From a virus (lineage: Duplodnaviria; Caudoviricetes): a DNA stretch of 57,109 nucleotides. The number at the start of each line of letters is the position of its first letter. Within the stretch, counting starts at the first letter, position 1. Location of the stretch: IMG/VR virus record IMGVR_UViG_3300034130_000016, positions 1 to 57,109 of that record; one strand, written 5' to 3'. The notes under the pieces are model-generated. The model did no database searches. It worked only from the letters and a program-made list of their open reading frames with translations, and was not told where the DNA came from. Shown piece after piece: positions 27,848-38,308 of this stretch. The translations under genes were made by a program, and so were the position numbers.

Positions 27848-28756
27848 ATGTCCGTACGCAGCATTTTCGTGGAGCGGTTGCCGATGCATCCGCTCCTGGG
27901 CCGCAACGTCTACCTGGACAGCATGTCCAAGATGTTCGCGGTCCAGCCGACCAGCACGCCCGTCGCGTCCATCCGGCACGCCGCCTTCATCGGCATCCTC
28001 GACCAGGGGCAGGTCGGCTCCTGCACCGGTAACGCCTCATGCTCGTGCGCCTATCACGCGCCGTTCTTCTCGGCCCAGGCCCTGATCCAGCCGTGGGAGA
28101 ACCAGTACACGCCGGACGAGACGGGCGCACAGTCGTGGTACCACGACAACACCGCGAACGACTCTTACGCGGGCACCTGGGAGCCCGACGACACCGGCTC
28201 GGACGGCCTCACCTCCTCCAAGATGGCGGTCAAGGCAGGCGTCGCCTCCGGCTATCAGGCGGCCCTCGACCTGGACTCGTCGCTCCAGCAGCTCATGAAG
28301 GTGCCCGGCATCACCGGCATCCCCTACTACAACTCGATGTTCGACGCACCCTCGTCGGGCCTGCTCACGGTCACCCCGTCGTCGGGGCTCGCGGGCGGTC
28401 ATGAGCTGTGCGTGGACGAGATCGTCGCGGCCGACGCACCGGGCAACGGCACCGGCAAGCTCCTGGTGGGCGGCCCGAACAGTTGGGGCTCCTCATGGGG
28501 CGCACAGGGCCGCTGGTACCTGACCGGCGCCGACTGGTGGGAGCTGCGCAAGAACAACGGCGACGTCTACTACTGGGTTCCGTCGACCTCCCCGGCGCCG
28601 ACCCCCACCCCCGTCCCGGAGCCGTCGACTGCCGCCGACGCCGACCTGTGGGACGCGACCGGGCCGTTCCGAGCCGATCACCACGTGGTGCCGCACATCG
28701 TCGCGGCCGTGCACGGGCTGAACGCCTGGGGCTCGAAGAAGGGCTTCCAGGCATGA
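27848..28756 (+). CDS. papain-like (C1) cysteine peptidase
   Basis: DQGQVGSCTGNA, GGHELC and NSWGSSWG give the Q/C-H-N catalytic set. Confidence 0.88.
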   Translation: MSVRSIFVERLPMHPLLGRNVYLDSMSKMFAVQPTSTPVASIRHAAFIGILDQGQVGSCTGNASCSCAYHAPFFSAQALIQPWENQYTPDETGAQSWYHDNTANDSYAGTWEPDDTGSDGLTSSKMAVKAGVASGYQAALDLDSSLQQLMKVPGITGIPYYNSMFDAPSSGLLTVTPSSGLAGGHELCVDEIVAADAPGNGTGKLLVGGPNSWGSSWGAQGRWYLTGADWWELRKNNGDVYYWVPSTSPAPTPTPVPEPSTAADADLWDATGPFRADHHVVPHIVAAVHGLNAWGSKKGFQA

Positions 28757-29112
28757 GCGAGCTGACCGCTCTGGTGGAGCTGGGCGGGCGTCAGATCGAG
28801 ATGCGCAAGCCGACCGACGGCGCGCTAGTCGTCCTGGCCCGTACGTTCCGGGGACTTCCCGACAAGATCGAAAACGATACCGAGTTGAGCGATGAGCAGC
28901 GTGACCGGCTCATCCGCAACCTCGGCACGCTCGGCAAGGTCGTTGAGGGCATGATCGTCAAGGATGCCGACAAGGACTGGCTGGATGACGCGATGATCGA
29001 CGGCGACGTGTCGGCAGAGGACGTCTTCGGCGCCATCAAGGTGGCGGGCGAGAAGATCAACGGCGCAGGCGGCCCGGTCAAGGCGGCGGCTTCGGTCCGG
29101 CGACACCGATGA
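28753..29112 (+). CDS. tail assembly chaperone candidate
   Basis: 119 aa, VELGGRQIEMRKPTDG; upstream of the tape measure gene. Confidence 0.55.
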   Translation: MSELTALVELGGRQIEMRKPTDGALVVLARTFRGLPDKIENDTELSDEQRDRLIRNLGTLGKVVEGMIVKDADKDWLDDAMIDGDVSAEDVFGAIKVAGEKINGAGGPVKAAASVRRHR

Positions 29113-29375
29113 GCGGGATCATCCACATCGCCGGAGTGCACGTGCGGGTCGGCAACCTGCTGCGTCAGCGGTGCGCCTGGTGCGGTGCCCTCATGATCGA
29201 TTACGACCTGGCCCGGATTGCGGTGCCGATCGGCCAGGACCCGATGCCCGCCACCTGGCCGCCCGGCGGCCTCGTACTGGTTGACGGCGGCATGTCGGCG
29301 TCGATCGAGCACGGGGACGGCGACATCCTGCCGGACGGGGCGTGCGCGAAGCTGGACCCCGGGGTGACCCGGTGA
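29109..29375 (+). CDS. hypothetical Cys/His protein
   Basis: ATGA overlap; H...CAWC...C. Confidence 0.65.
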   Translation: MSGIIHIAGVHVRVGNLLRQRCAWCGALMIDYDLARIAVPIGQDPMPATWPPGGLVLVDGGMSASIEHGDGDILPDGACAKLDPGVTR

Positions 29376-29884
29376 GCGGGCTCAAGCTGAAGCGGCTGAT
29401 CTGGACGGTCATCTTCCTCGGGATCACCCTGACGGCGATCGTCATGGAGGTTGTGGCGGGGATCTTCCACCCGACCGGCTGGACCATTCCCTGGACGGAG
29501 TACCTGGCCCGGTACGTGCCATGGCCTGTCCAGTTGCTGGCCTACGTGGCGCTGGTGGTGTGGTTGCCGTTCCACTTCTGGCGCCACGATCACATGCGCA
29601 AGGTCGCATATAACCGGGGGGTGGCCGCCTCGAACCGGCCGATGCTTACCGCTCGGGCGTTGCAGCAGGCCACGACCGATCAGCTCCTGGACGAGCTGAA
29701 CACGCGAGGAGTCCGGCGCTTCAGCACGGCCGCCAGTCAGTCGGTACTGATGCCGGGCGAAGATGTCAGCCTCGGACCGTGGCCGGACCCGGCCCCCGAC
29801 GAGGCGCGGTTGGCGCAGCTCGCCGCGCTCGATGATCGAGACTTCATCGAGCGGGAGCGCGCCCGCCGCCAGGATCTGGGCTGA
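29372..29884 (+). CDS. membrane protein
   Basis: Two N-terminal TM helices; GTGA overlap. Confidence 0.65.
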   Translation: MSGLKLKRLIWTVIFLGITLTAIVMEVVAGIFHPTGWTIPWTEYLARYVPWPVQLLAYVALVVWLPFHFWRHDHMRKVAYNRGVAASNRPMLTARALQQATTDQLLDELNTRGVRRFSTAASQSVLMPGEDVSLGPWPDPAPDEARLAQLAALDDRDFIERERARRQDLG

Positions 29885-29887
29885 CCT

Positions 29888-30457
29888 GTGCCCGCTGACG
29901 CCCTCGCCGCGCTACGGATCTGGGCACTCGACGTTGAGCTGGGCGGGGAGGTCTTCACGGTGCCTGCCCGCCCAGCGGCGGACTGGTTCGTGGCGATCCT
30001 CGACGACGACGTTCCCCTGCCGCTGATCCCGGGCCTGATGGACTCCGACGCGGAGGACCGGATCTCCGACATGCTGCTGGACGGTGAGATCGCCGCCGAG
30101 GACATCGCCGTGCGGTCCCGGGAGCTGCTGACCGCCGCTGCTGGGCGGCCGTGGTGGGAGGCGGACCGGCTGATCCGGTCATCCGGCGAGTCGTGGCACA
30201 TCATCGGCGGGGAGCTGACCCGGCTCGGGGTGGACCTGGGCACGGTACCCCTGGCGGCGGCCCTGAACGCCATCTACGTGGTGTGCGTGCGCACCATGGA
30301 CGAGAAGGAGCGCAACAAGTTCGACATCGACCTGCGGATGCCCCCGATCGGCGTGGAGGGCGTGACGACGGAGGAGATGTACGACGTGAAGGCGGCCGAG
30401 TCGGCGTTCATGGCCCTGATGGGCGGGGCACAACCTCCCGCACCCGTAGGATCCTGA
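29888..30457 (+). CDS. tail assembly chaperone candidate (pre-tape-measure)
   Basis: VELGGEVFTVPARPAADW, AGRPWWEA; directly before the tape measure gene. Confidence 0.6.
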   Translation: MPADALAALRIWALDVELGGEVFTVPARPAADWFVAILDDDVPLPLIPGLMDSDAEDRISDMLLDGEIAAEDIAVRSRELLTAAAGRPWWEADRLIRSSGESWHIIGGELTRLGVDLGTVPLAAALNAIYVVCVRTMDEKERNKFDIDLRMPPIGVEGVTTEEMYDVKAAESAFMALMGGAQPPAPVGS

Positions 30458-30460
30458 GTC

Positions 30461-32860
30461 ATGGCCGGGGTTCTGGGACGCGCGTTCGTGCAGGTGTTCG
30501 CCGACCTGTCCAAGTTTTCGCCCGGCCTGAAGCAGAAGATCAAGGAGTCCCTGGACGAGCAGACCAAGGGCATCAAGATGGAGGAGCTGGACAAGTCGGC
30601 CGAGAAGGCTGGCGAGTCCGCCGCCGAGAACATCGGCAAGGGTGTCGACTCCAAAATCGACAAGGAGATGGACAAGGAAGGGCGCAAGGGCGGCTCCAGC
30701 TTCGGCAAGGGGATGAAGGCGGCCATGGGCGGCATCATGGCCAGCTTCCTGCCGGTCCTGATCGCCCTGGGCGTGGAGGCGGTCGCCGCGCTCGCACCGG
30801 CCGCCGCCGCCCTGAGTGCCACCTTCGTTCCGGCGATCTTCTCGCTGGTCGGCCTCATGGCCACCCTGAAGATGGCCACCCAGGGAGTCGGCGCGGCCCT
30901 GAAGACCGCCTTCGACCCGTCCAAGGCGGACCAGTTCAACGCAGCCATGAAGAAGCTCGCGCCTGCCGCGCGGTCCTTCGTCATGGAGATCAAAAACTTG
31001 CACCCTGCGTTCCATCAGTTGCAGCAGGACGTGCAGCAGACCTTCTTCGTGCAGCTCCAGGGCGTGCTCACCCGGACGGCGACTACCCTGCTCCCGACGC
31101 TGCGGCGCGGCCTGCACCAGCTCTCCGCCGACCTGGGGCAGATGGGCCGGAGCCTGCTGACCGCCTTCGGCAACGGCAAGGAGGATCTGGCCTCGATCTT
31201 CATCGCCGCCCACGAGGCGCTCAAGCCGTTCATCCCGGTGGTGGGTCAGCTCGCCACGGCGTTCCTGGCCATCGGGGCGGTTGCCGGTCCGCTGTTCGCC
31301 ACCCTCTCGGGTGGGTTCGCCAAGCTGCTGTCCAACTTCTCGACGTTCATCGACAAGGCGGCCAGCGACGGTTCGCTGGCGCAGTTCTTCGACGATGCGC
31401 TGGTGGTGTTGAGGCAGCTCGGCGGCCTTCTCCACAACGTTTTTGATCTTGTGGGGTCGCTGATCTCGGCCCTCCAGACCGACGGCGCCCAGGCCCTCGG
31501 GTTCGTGTCGACGCTGATCGGCGACCTGGCCGCGTTCTTCAAGACGGCCGAGGGCAAGCAGATGCTGGCCAACGTCTTCCTGCTGCTGAATACCGCCCTC
31601 TCCTCGATGCAGCAGATCCTGACCCCGCTGCTCCCGGCCATCGGTCAGCTCGTGTCGGTGTTCGCCGGGGGGCTGGCCACTGCGCTGGAGAAGATCACCC
31701 CGCTGATCGTCTCCGTCGCGACCTGGCTCGGTAAGCACCCGGCTCTACTTCAGGCCGCCGCAGCGGCGTATGGAGTCTTCCGGCTGGCCCTGCTGGGGGT
31801 AGCGGCGGCTGAAGCCATCATGGACGCCCTGGACCCGCTCACGTGGGTCGTCCTGGCCGTCGCCGCCATCGCCGCCGGGGCGTACCTGATCTACAAGAAC
31901 TGGGGCGCCCTCACGGCCGCCCTGAAGTCCGTCTGGGGCGCCATCTCCAACTTCTTCACCGGCATCTGGCAGTGGATCGTCTCCGTCGGCAAGGACATCG
32001 GGAACTGGTTCTCGGTCACCCTGCCCGGCTTCTTCGCGAGCATCCCCGGGCACATCGCCGCCGCCCTGATGGCCCTGCCGGGCCTGCTCGGCAACCTGTT
32101 CCTGGCCGCCCTGCACGCCGCCGGTATGGCCATCGGCATCGGCATCGGCCTGATCCTCGCCTTCTGGATCAAGCTGCCCGGCCTGGTGTACGACGCCATC
32201 AAGAGCCTGGGCCACCTCATCGCGGACGTGTGGCGGCTGGGCCTGAACAACGCCGAGTCGGCCATCCACACGGGGGTCAACGCCGCCATCTGGATCTTCA
32301 CCCAGCTTCCCGGCAAGATCGCCGGGTTCGTGAACCGGCTCCCCGGCATCATCGGCGGGGCGTTCCGCAACGCCTGGGACTGGGCCAGGCGGGAGGTGCG
32401 CGAGGGTGGGGACGCCGTGGTCGCCTTCGTGCGGAACCTGCCCGGCCGGATCTCCGGGTTCATGCGCAACGTCGGGCACGACATCCTGAGCGGCCTGAAG
32501 GCGGGTATCAACTCGGTGATCTCCGGGTTCAACTCGGGCATCAACCGGGTCGGCAGCATGATTCACATCGGCCTGCCGAACATCCCGCTGCTGGCCTCCG
32601 GCGGCCTGGTCAACTCCCCCACCCTGGCTGTGGTCGGCGAGGCGGGGCCGGAAGCAGTCGTGCCGATGAGCGACCCGACGAAGGCGGCCAAGGTCGCGAA
32701 GAGCAGCGGCCTGCTCGACATGATCGGTAGCAAGATCAGCTCGGGGGCCACGAACGTGCGGGTGTTCCTGGGCACGCGGGAGATCACCGATATCCTCGAC
32801 GTGCGGATTGACAAGAAGATGAACGACCAGGCCAACGAGCTTGCCTACGGGACGAGGTGA
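30461..32860 (+). CDS. tape measure protein
   Basis: 799 aa Ala/Gly-rich with periodic W/F; starts GRAFVQV and ends with IP.LASGG...VGEAGPEAVVP. Confidence 0.92.
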   Translation: MAGVLGRAFVQVFADLSKFSPGLKQKIKESLDEQTKGIKMEELDKSAEKAGESAAENIGKGVDSKIDKEMDKEGRKGGSSFGKGMKAAMGGIMASFLPVLIALGVEAVAALAPAAAALSATFVPAIFSLVGLMATLKMATQGVGAALKTAFDPSKADQFNAAMKKLAPAARSFVMEIKNLHPAFHQLQQDVQQTFFVQLQGVLTRTATTLLPTLRRGLHQLSADLGQMGRSLLTAFGNGKEDLASIFIAAHEALKPFIPVVGQLATAFLAIGAVAGPLFATLSGGFAKLLSNFSTFIDKAASDGSLAQFFDDALVVLRQLGGLLHNVFDLVGSLISALQTDGAQALGFVSTLIGDLAAFFKTAEGKQMLANVFLLLNTALSSMQQILTPLLPAIGQLVSVFAGGLATALEKITPLIVSVATWLGKHPALLQAAAAAYGVFRLALLGVAAAEAIMDALDPLTWVVLAVAAIAAGAYLIYKNWGALTAALKSVWGAISNFFTGIWQWIVSVGKDIGNWFSVTLPGFFASIPGHIAAALMALPGLLGNLFLAALHAAGMAIGIGIGLILAFWIKLPGLVYDAIKSLGHLIADVWRLGLNNAESAIHTGVNAAIWIFTQLPGKIAGFVNRLPGIIGGAFRNAWDWARREVREGGDAVVAFVRNLPGRISGFMRNVGHDILSGLKAGINSVISGFNSGINRVGSMIHIGLPNIPLLASGGLVNSPTLAVVGEAGPEAVVPMSDPTKAAKVAKSSGLLDMIGSKISSGATNVRVFLGTREITDILDVRIDKKMNDQANELAYGTR

Positions 32861-32863
32861 CGG

Positions 32864-34159
32864 GTGCCCACGATCGTCGCCACCGCCGACGAGGCTAAGT
32901 CGCAGGTCCGGCTGGATCTCGACTTCAGTGACATCGACGCCCCCTACGCCCTCGTCAACCGTGTCGACCCGACCACGGGGGCGACCACTGCGGTGCGCGG
33001 CCACGGGTCGTCGGTGACCGCGCTGGGTATCGCGTACGTACCGATGCAGGCGGGGTACAAGGCGGTCCTGTACGACACTGAGGTGCCGCTGGACGCTGCG
33101 GTCTACTACACGGCCTCGGCCCCGTCGGCGACGCTGAACGTCAACCCGACGTTCGCCGGTGGGTTCTCTGAGCCGTACGTGGGGCTCGCCTCGACGTCGA
33201 CCGTAAAGATCACCACCTCGCGGGCCGGGGTGAACTTCCTGACCTTGCAGACCGACGGCACCGTGGCCAACCCGTCCGTCAAGGCCGAGGAGATCCCGGC
33301 CACGCCCGGCGCCATCATCACCCTGACCGTCGTGGTGTCCGCCAACGTGTCGACCAGCATCACGGCCGCCCTGCCCGGCCTCGACGCCACCGGCACCGTC
33401 ACGGGCACCTCAGTGGCCACCAACGCCACCGTGACGGGTGCGGTCACCCTGACGACCAGCACGACCCTGGCCGCCAACACGGTCAGCGTGCAGCCGTCCA
33501 TCCGGGTCAACGGCACCCCTGCCGCGACGACCATCGTGTCCTTCTCCTCGATCATCGTGACCAACGCGGCGGGGTCGGCCGTCTCCGGCGGCGTGACCGT
33601 GCGATCGCTGGGCGCCTGCCGCCTGAAGGACCCGCTGCGGCCCGGCAACAGCGTGCGCATCGACTTCCTGATCGACCCGAACCCGCTGTGCGTTCCCAGC
33701 GAGGGGATCTTCTGGCAGTCCCTGGACACCGAGGAGCGGGGCGCCAACGCGGCCACGTTCAACGTCAACAACCAGGTCAACCCGATCGTCGTCTCGAAGG
33801 TGCGCAGCTCCCCGTCGTCGACCCTGACGCTGGTGTCGCGGACCTTCCAGGACCGGGACCGCATGGACGTCCTGCTGGCCCCCGGGTCGCCGCTGCTCTT
33901 CCAAGCCCCCGACGAATACGGCCTCCCGGACCGCTACATCTCGGTGGGCACCGAGCAGACCGGCCGGGTTCTGCCCGACCACCGGTTCCCGATCCGGGTG
34001 TTCTCGCTGCCCCACGTGGTGACCAGCGCGCCCGGCGGCCCGATGCAGGGCACCGTCGGGGCGCGCTGGTCCGACATGTGCAACCGGTACGCCAACTGGG
34101 GTCTGGTCAACGCGGCCGGACTGACGTGGACTCAGGTGCTGGACGGGGCGGCGGGCTGA
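32864..34159 (+). CDS. minor tail protein (distal-tail-like, with beta-rich insert)
   Basis: Follows the tape measure gene; YDTEVP and LKDPLRP motifs; Thr/Val-rich insert. Confidence 0.7.
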   Translation: MPTIVATADEAKSQVRLDLDFSDIDAPYALVNRVDPTTGATTAVRGHGSSVTALGIAYVPMQAGYKAVLYDTEVPLDAAVYYTASAPSATLNVNPTFAGGFSEPYVGLASTSTVKITTSRAGVNFLTLQTDGTVANPSVKAEEIPATPGAIITLTVVVSANVSTSITAALPGLDATGTVTGTSVATNATVTGAVTLTTSTTLAANTVSVQPSIRVNGTPAATTIVSFSSIIVTNAAGSAVSGGVTVRSLGACRLKDPLRPGNSVRIDFLIDPNPLCVPSEGIFWQSLDTEERGANAATFNVNNQVNPIVVSKVRSSPSSTLTLVSRTFQDRDRMDVLLAPGSPLLFQAPDEYGLPDRYISVGTEQTGRVLPDHRFPIRVFSLPHVVTSAPGGPMQGTVGARWSDMCNRYANWGLVNAAGLTWTQVLDGAAG

Positions 34160-35301
34160 TGGTGTGGGCCGGTGGTCTCGACGCGCAGTACCGCAACGCC
34201 CTCGCGCGCCCGCACACGGCGTACAACCGGGTGGACGTCCTCGACCGGCAGGGAAACGTGCTCAAGTCCGGACTGCCGTTCATCGACGGCAGTGTGCGCG
34301 CCACCCTCAACAGCCGCGTGGCGCGCGTTCTGACCCTGTCGGTAGACCGGTCCTGGTTCCCGCTGCTGCCCAACGGAGCGATCGACACAGGCGGCCTGCT
34401 GACCCCGTTCGGCAACCGGATCCGCGCCTACCGGGGAATCACGTACGGGGACGGCTCCGTCGTGCAGTTCCCCGTGTTCTTCGGCCGTATCGAGCAGGTC
34501 CAGATGGCCCGCAACGGCACGGTCAGCGTCGCCGCCAACGATCTGGCCGCCGACGTGGTCGACGCACAGTTCGAGGTGGCACAGTCGTCGGTCACCACCA
34601 ACTCGATCAGCACCGAGTTCCGGCGCCTCGTGCGCGGCGCCCTCTCGGACGCCACGTTCGGCACCTGTGACCTGACCGGCGTGCTCATCCCCCCGCTGAC
34701 GTGGCAGTCCGACCGGGCGCAGGCCCTCGACGACATGAGCGCCACCGTGGCGATGCAGTGGTACCCGCTGGCGGACGGCTCGTTCGTGCAGCGGTTCGTG
34801 CAGTGGACCAAGGCTGGTCTGGTCGCGCAGGTCAATCTGTCGGACGGCACCGGCGCCGCGCCGGGGGTTAACAACACGATCGCCGACTGGACGATCACGG
34901 TGTCCCGGACGGCCGTCTACAACTCGGTGGTCTTCGCCTCGGAACGCCAGGACGGCACGGCGCCCGTGTATGCGATCGTGCGAGACCTGGGGGTGGGCAG
35001 CCCCACCAACTACCTGGGCAACTTCGGCCGCAAGCCGCTGCTGGTCCAGAACCAGTCGGCGCTGTCGCAGTCGCAGTGCCTCCAGGCGGCCCGCAGCGCG
35101 CTTCAGGCCGCCATCGCCGTCACCCAGGTCTGGGATCCCGTGTCGATCGTGCCCGACGCCTCCCTGGAGCTGGGCGACCTGGTCACCATGCGGGCGGAAG
35201 GCGCGGCCAGTACCCAGGTGATCGTCGGCTTCACCCTGCCACTGAGGGAGACTGGCGACATGTCGTTGAGCCTGCGCGCGTACGCCCCGGTGACCTCGTG
35301 A
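34159..35301 (+). CDS. minor tail protein (hub, DUF5047-like)
   Basis: GSV...SRVAR.L, L.PFGN.I..YRG, YN.VV, PDASLELGD. Confidence 0.75.
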   Translation: MVWAGGLDAQYRNALARPHTAYNRVDVLDRQGNVLKSGLPFIDGSVRATLNSRVARVLTLSVDRSWFPLLPNGAIDTGGLLTPFGNRIRAYRGITYGDGSVVQFPVFFGRIEQVQMARNGTVSVAANDLAADVVDAQFEVAQSSVTTNSISTEFRRLVRGALSDATFGTCDLTGVLIPPLTWQSDRAQALDDMSATVAMQWYPLADGSFVQRFVQWTKAGLVAQVNLSDGTGAAPGVNNTIADWTITVSRTAVYNSVVFASERQDGTAPVYAIVRDLGVGSPTNYLGNFGRKPLLVQNQSALSQSQCLQAARSALQAAIAVTQVWDPVSIVPDASLELGDLVTMRAEGAASTQVIVGFTLPLRETGDMSLSLRAYAPVTS

Positions 35302-35858
35302 CGACGAAGCTGGCCCACCAGACGCAGAAGGCCGCCGGGATCCCCAACGGGATGCGCACGGCCACCGTCACCGCCGTCTCCGGCAGTGCGATCACGATCT
35401 CCGTCTCCGGCGGCTCGTTCTCGTCCGGCGTCGGGGTGGTCACCTCGTACGCGCCGCGCGTGGGGGACACCGTCGCCGTGTTCCGGCAGGACTCGTCCTG
35501 GCTGATCCTCGGCCCCATATCAACCGTGAACGGCTGGCAGCGGATGTCCCCGCTCGGCTACCAGAACGGATGGTCGGACCGGGGGACCGGCTTCCCCGCC
35601 GGGCAGTACCGGGTGACCGCCTCTGAGGTCCAGGTCGTCGGCCAGCTCACCAACGCGGCCAGCCAGGCGGCGGGGTCGGCCATCGTCGCCGGGTTGCCCG
35701 CGCCCTCCGGCGAGGTGTCGGGCATGTTCGCCATGCAGGGCGCGACCTTCCCCTGCCTGCGGATCGGCGCGGACGGTATCTTGCGTATCAACGCCACGTC
35801 CGGCACGGGCATCATGCAGTTCTCCGTCTCCTACCCGCTCGATCCCCTACTAGCGTGA
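35298..35858 (+). CDS. minor tail protein
   Basis: SYAPRVGDTV..W.ILG N-terminus; W...GYQNGW C-terminal domain. Confidence 0.7.
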   Translation: MTTKLAHQTQKAAGIPNGMRTATVTAVSGSAITISVSGGSFSSGVGVVTSYAPRVGDTVAVFRQDSSWLILGPISTVNGWQRMSPLGYQNGWSDRGTGFPAGQYRVTASEVQVVGQLTNAASQAAGSAIVAGLPAPSGEVSGMFAMQGATFPCLRIGADGILRINATSGTGIMQFSVSYPLDPLLA

Positions 35859-35874
35859 CCGAGAGGAGCGGAGC

Positions 35875-37092
35875 ATGGCGACCACCGGATACAGCGACAC
35901 GTTCAACCGCACCGTAGCCAGCGGCCTCGGGTCGGCTACCTCGGGGCAGGCGTACACGTTGTTCGGGGTGGCGTCGCAATTCAGTGTGGCGCCCAGTACG
36001 GCCAGCATCGCCATTTCGTCCGCCGGGGACAAGATGGGTTACATCGACCTTCAGACGCAGAGCCTCGACATCACCGGGCAGGTCGCGCTGGGAGCCATTC
36101 CGGCCACCAACCTGGCAACGGTGGGATTCGTCTCGAAGCTGTCGACCACGGCGAACTACTACAACGCCACCATGATGGTCGCCACCGGCGGCGCCATCTC
36201 GCTGCGGTTCTCCAAGGTGGTGTCCGGCGGGCTGGTCACCATTGCAACCGTCGCGACGGGGCTCACGTATGTGGCGAACACGTTCTACAACCTGCGGTAT
36301 CAGATCTACTGGAGCAACGCCCTCCAGACGAACGTCATGTCGTCGATGCTGTGGGTGGTCGGTTCGACGCCGCCGACCGGCTGGATGGCGACCGCCCAGG
36401 ACAACGCGCTGACCAACTTCACCTCGGGTACGCAGGTCGGCATCATGTCCCGCGACGAATCGACGGTGCTCGGCACCATCACCAGCAAGCACCAGGCGGT
36501 CGTCGCACGCTCGTACAACCTGCCGATGCCTGCCACGACGGACCCGATGTGTTACGACCCGGCGTTCCCGTACCCGATGCAGACCGCCCTGGAATCCCTC
36601 GCGGATGCGACCGACGCCGTGATGGCGACCATCGACCCGCTGACCTCCCTGGCCGGACTGTTCCCGCGCGTACGGGTGAGCGGCAGCATGACCCAGGTGA
36701 ATCAGACCGCCTTCGCGGCCTCGTTCAGCGCCACCGAATTCAATGTGGGCACGCCGACCAATCTGGCCTACAACCCGCTGTCGATCTATCTGCCGGTGGG
36801 AATCTGGCTGGTCACGTTCGAGGTGCGTCTTACCTCGCCGTCGGCCAACTCGTTGTCGCTTCAGATATTCGGTATCACCAACGGGTTGACCACGTATATG
36901 CGGCCGTGGCCGACGCAGACAAATGACTTGGGCGTGAATGGCACCGGGCATGTTTCCACGCTGACCTATTCGACCGATCCGACGACGCCCGCCCAGGTCA
37001 GCGTGGAGATCTTCCCCACGAATACGGCGACGACTGAGACGATCTCCTATATGGCCCTTTCCGCTATCAAGATTTCGGACTATTTCGCATGA
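35875..37092 (+). CDS. minor tail / receptor-binding protein candidate
   Basis: DTFNRTVASG start; beta-rich 405 aa. Confidence 0.65.
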   Translation: MATTGYSDTFNRTVASGLGSATSGQAYTLFGVASQFSVAPSTASIAISSAGDKMGYIDLQTQSLDITGQVALGAIPATNLATVGFVSKLSTTANYYNATMMVATGGAISLRFSKVVSGGLVTIATVATGLTYVANTFYNLRYQIYWSNALQTNVMSSMLWVVGSTPPTGWMATAQDNALTNFTSGTQVGIMSRDESTVLGTITSKHQAVVARSYNLPMPATTDPMCYDPAFPYPMQTALESLADATDAVMATIDPLTSLAGLFPRVRVSGSMTQVNQTAFAASFSATEFNVGTPTNLAYNPLSIYLPVGIWLVTFEVRLTSPSANSLSLQIFGITNGLTTYMRPWPTQTNDLGVNGTGHVSTLTYSTDPTTPAQVSVEIFPTNTATTETISYMALSAIKISDYFA

Positions 37093-37682
37093 GCGCTAAT
37101 ACTGCGATCGAGGGGTACCCGTACCCGCTCACGTCCGATTTCGCGGACGTGCAGGACGTGTACCGGCTCGCTACGGCGATCGACACGGACCTGCGCAGTG
37201 AGCAGGCACCCTTCCGGGCGTTCCTGGCCCGGCCCTCGTTCATCGCCCGCCAGGCGGCCAACTCCAGCACGTTCCTCAGCGGTTCCCAGACCCTGTCGAT
37301 GACGGCGATCGAGTGGGACAACACGGGCGGCGCGATAGCGGGTAACTCGTTCTGGACGCAGCCGTTCAGCCAGCCCCCCTCGTGGTGGCTGTTCGGGTCC
37401 ACCATCATGCTGAACAACGCGGCTACCGGGGTGGTCGCGGACCTGGTGATGGCGCAGCTCGCCATCACCACCGCCGACCAGGTGACGGGCGTGCAGACGA
37501 CGTCGCAGTTCTTCCAGCGCAACGACGAGACCAGCACCGGCGGGGAGTGGCTCAACGTGTTCGCGATGGCGCCGATCTACCAGGGCAGCGCGGGAGCGTT
37601 GATCAACATCAACGGCACGTCCCTGAAGGGGATCGGGGCGGGCTCGCGCCTCTGGGGCATGTACCTGGGACCGGTGACCTGA
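37089..37682 (+). CDS. minor tail protein
   Basis: T...GYPYP N-terminus typical of tail fibre-like proteins. Confidence 0.65.
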   Translation: MSANTAIEGYPYPLTSDFADVQDVYRLATAIDTDLRSEQAPFRAFLARPSFIARQAANSSTFLSGSQTLSMTAIEWDNTGGAIAGNSFWTQPFSQPPSWWLFGSTIMLNNAATGVVADLVMAQLAITTADQVTGVQTTSQFFQRNDETSTGGEWLNVFAMAPIYQGSAGALININGTSLKGIGAGSRLWGMYLGPVT

Positions 37683-38308
37683 TGACGATGCGCAAGACGC
37701 CGTACGCGCGGATCCGCTACCCGTGGACCGCCGACGTGGTCAGCGCGGCCGACGTGCAGACCACGGCCTCCGACATCGACGCCGCCCTGGTGCAGACCGC
37801 GACGATGGCCTCCACCTTCTCGACGCTGTCCTCCGTGTCGGTGAAGCGGGCCGCCGTGCAGAGCATCACCAAGGGCACGCTGACCGCTGTCACCTTCGAT
37901 ACGGTGGTGTCGGACAACGGGAAGAACAGCCCGTTGGCGAACGGGGCGTGGTTCGCGGCCGGTAGTCCGACCCGGCTGACCGCGCCGTCCCCGTGCATCG
38001 TGCTGGCCACTGCCGTGGTGGGGATGAACTTCACGGCCGTGCTGGGCACCTCGGGTGTGCTTCAGTGCACGATCGCCCTGAACGGCGCCACGGGCCAGCC
38101 GAATGTGCAGGGCAACAAGTGGGCGCCGATCTCCTCGGCGACTGGTCAGCAGTGGACGTCGGCGCTGGCGATGTGGAAGCTCGCGGCGGGCGATTTCCTG
38201 GAGCTGAAGGTGTTCTGGACGGGTACCCCGGCGGGGCCGCTCAATACGGACAATGTGATCCCGCCGCAGCTCAGCCTGATGATGGTCGGCCTGCCGTCCG
38301 TTCCCTGA
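37682..38308 (+). CDS. minor tail protein (C1q-like beta domain candidate)
   Basis: TP..IRYP N-terminus; VTFDTV, LAAGDFLEL. Confidence 0.65.
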   Translation: MTMRKTPYARIRYPWTADVVSAADVQTTASDIDAALVQTATMASTFSTLSSVSVKRAAVQSITKGTLTAVTFDTVVSDNGKNSPLANGAWFAAGSPTRLTAPSPCIVLATAVVGMNFTAVLGTSGVLQCTIALNGATGQPNVQGNKWAPISSATGQQWTSALAMWKLAAGDFLELKVFWTGTPAGPLNTDNVIPPQLSLMMVGLPSVP

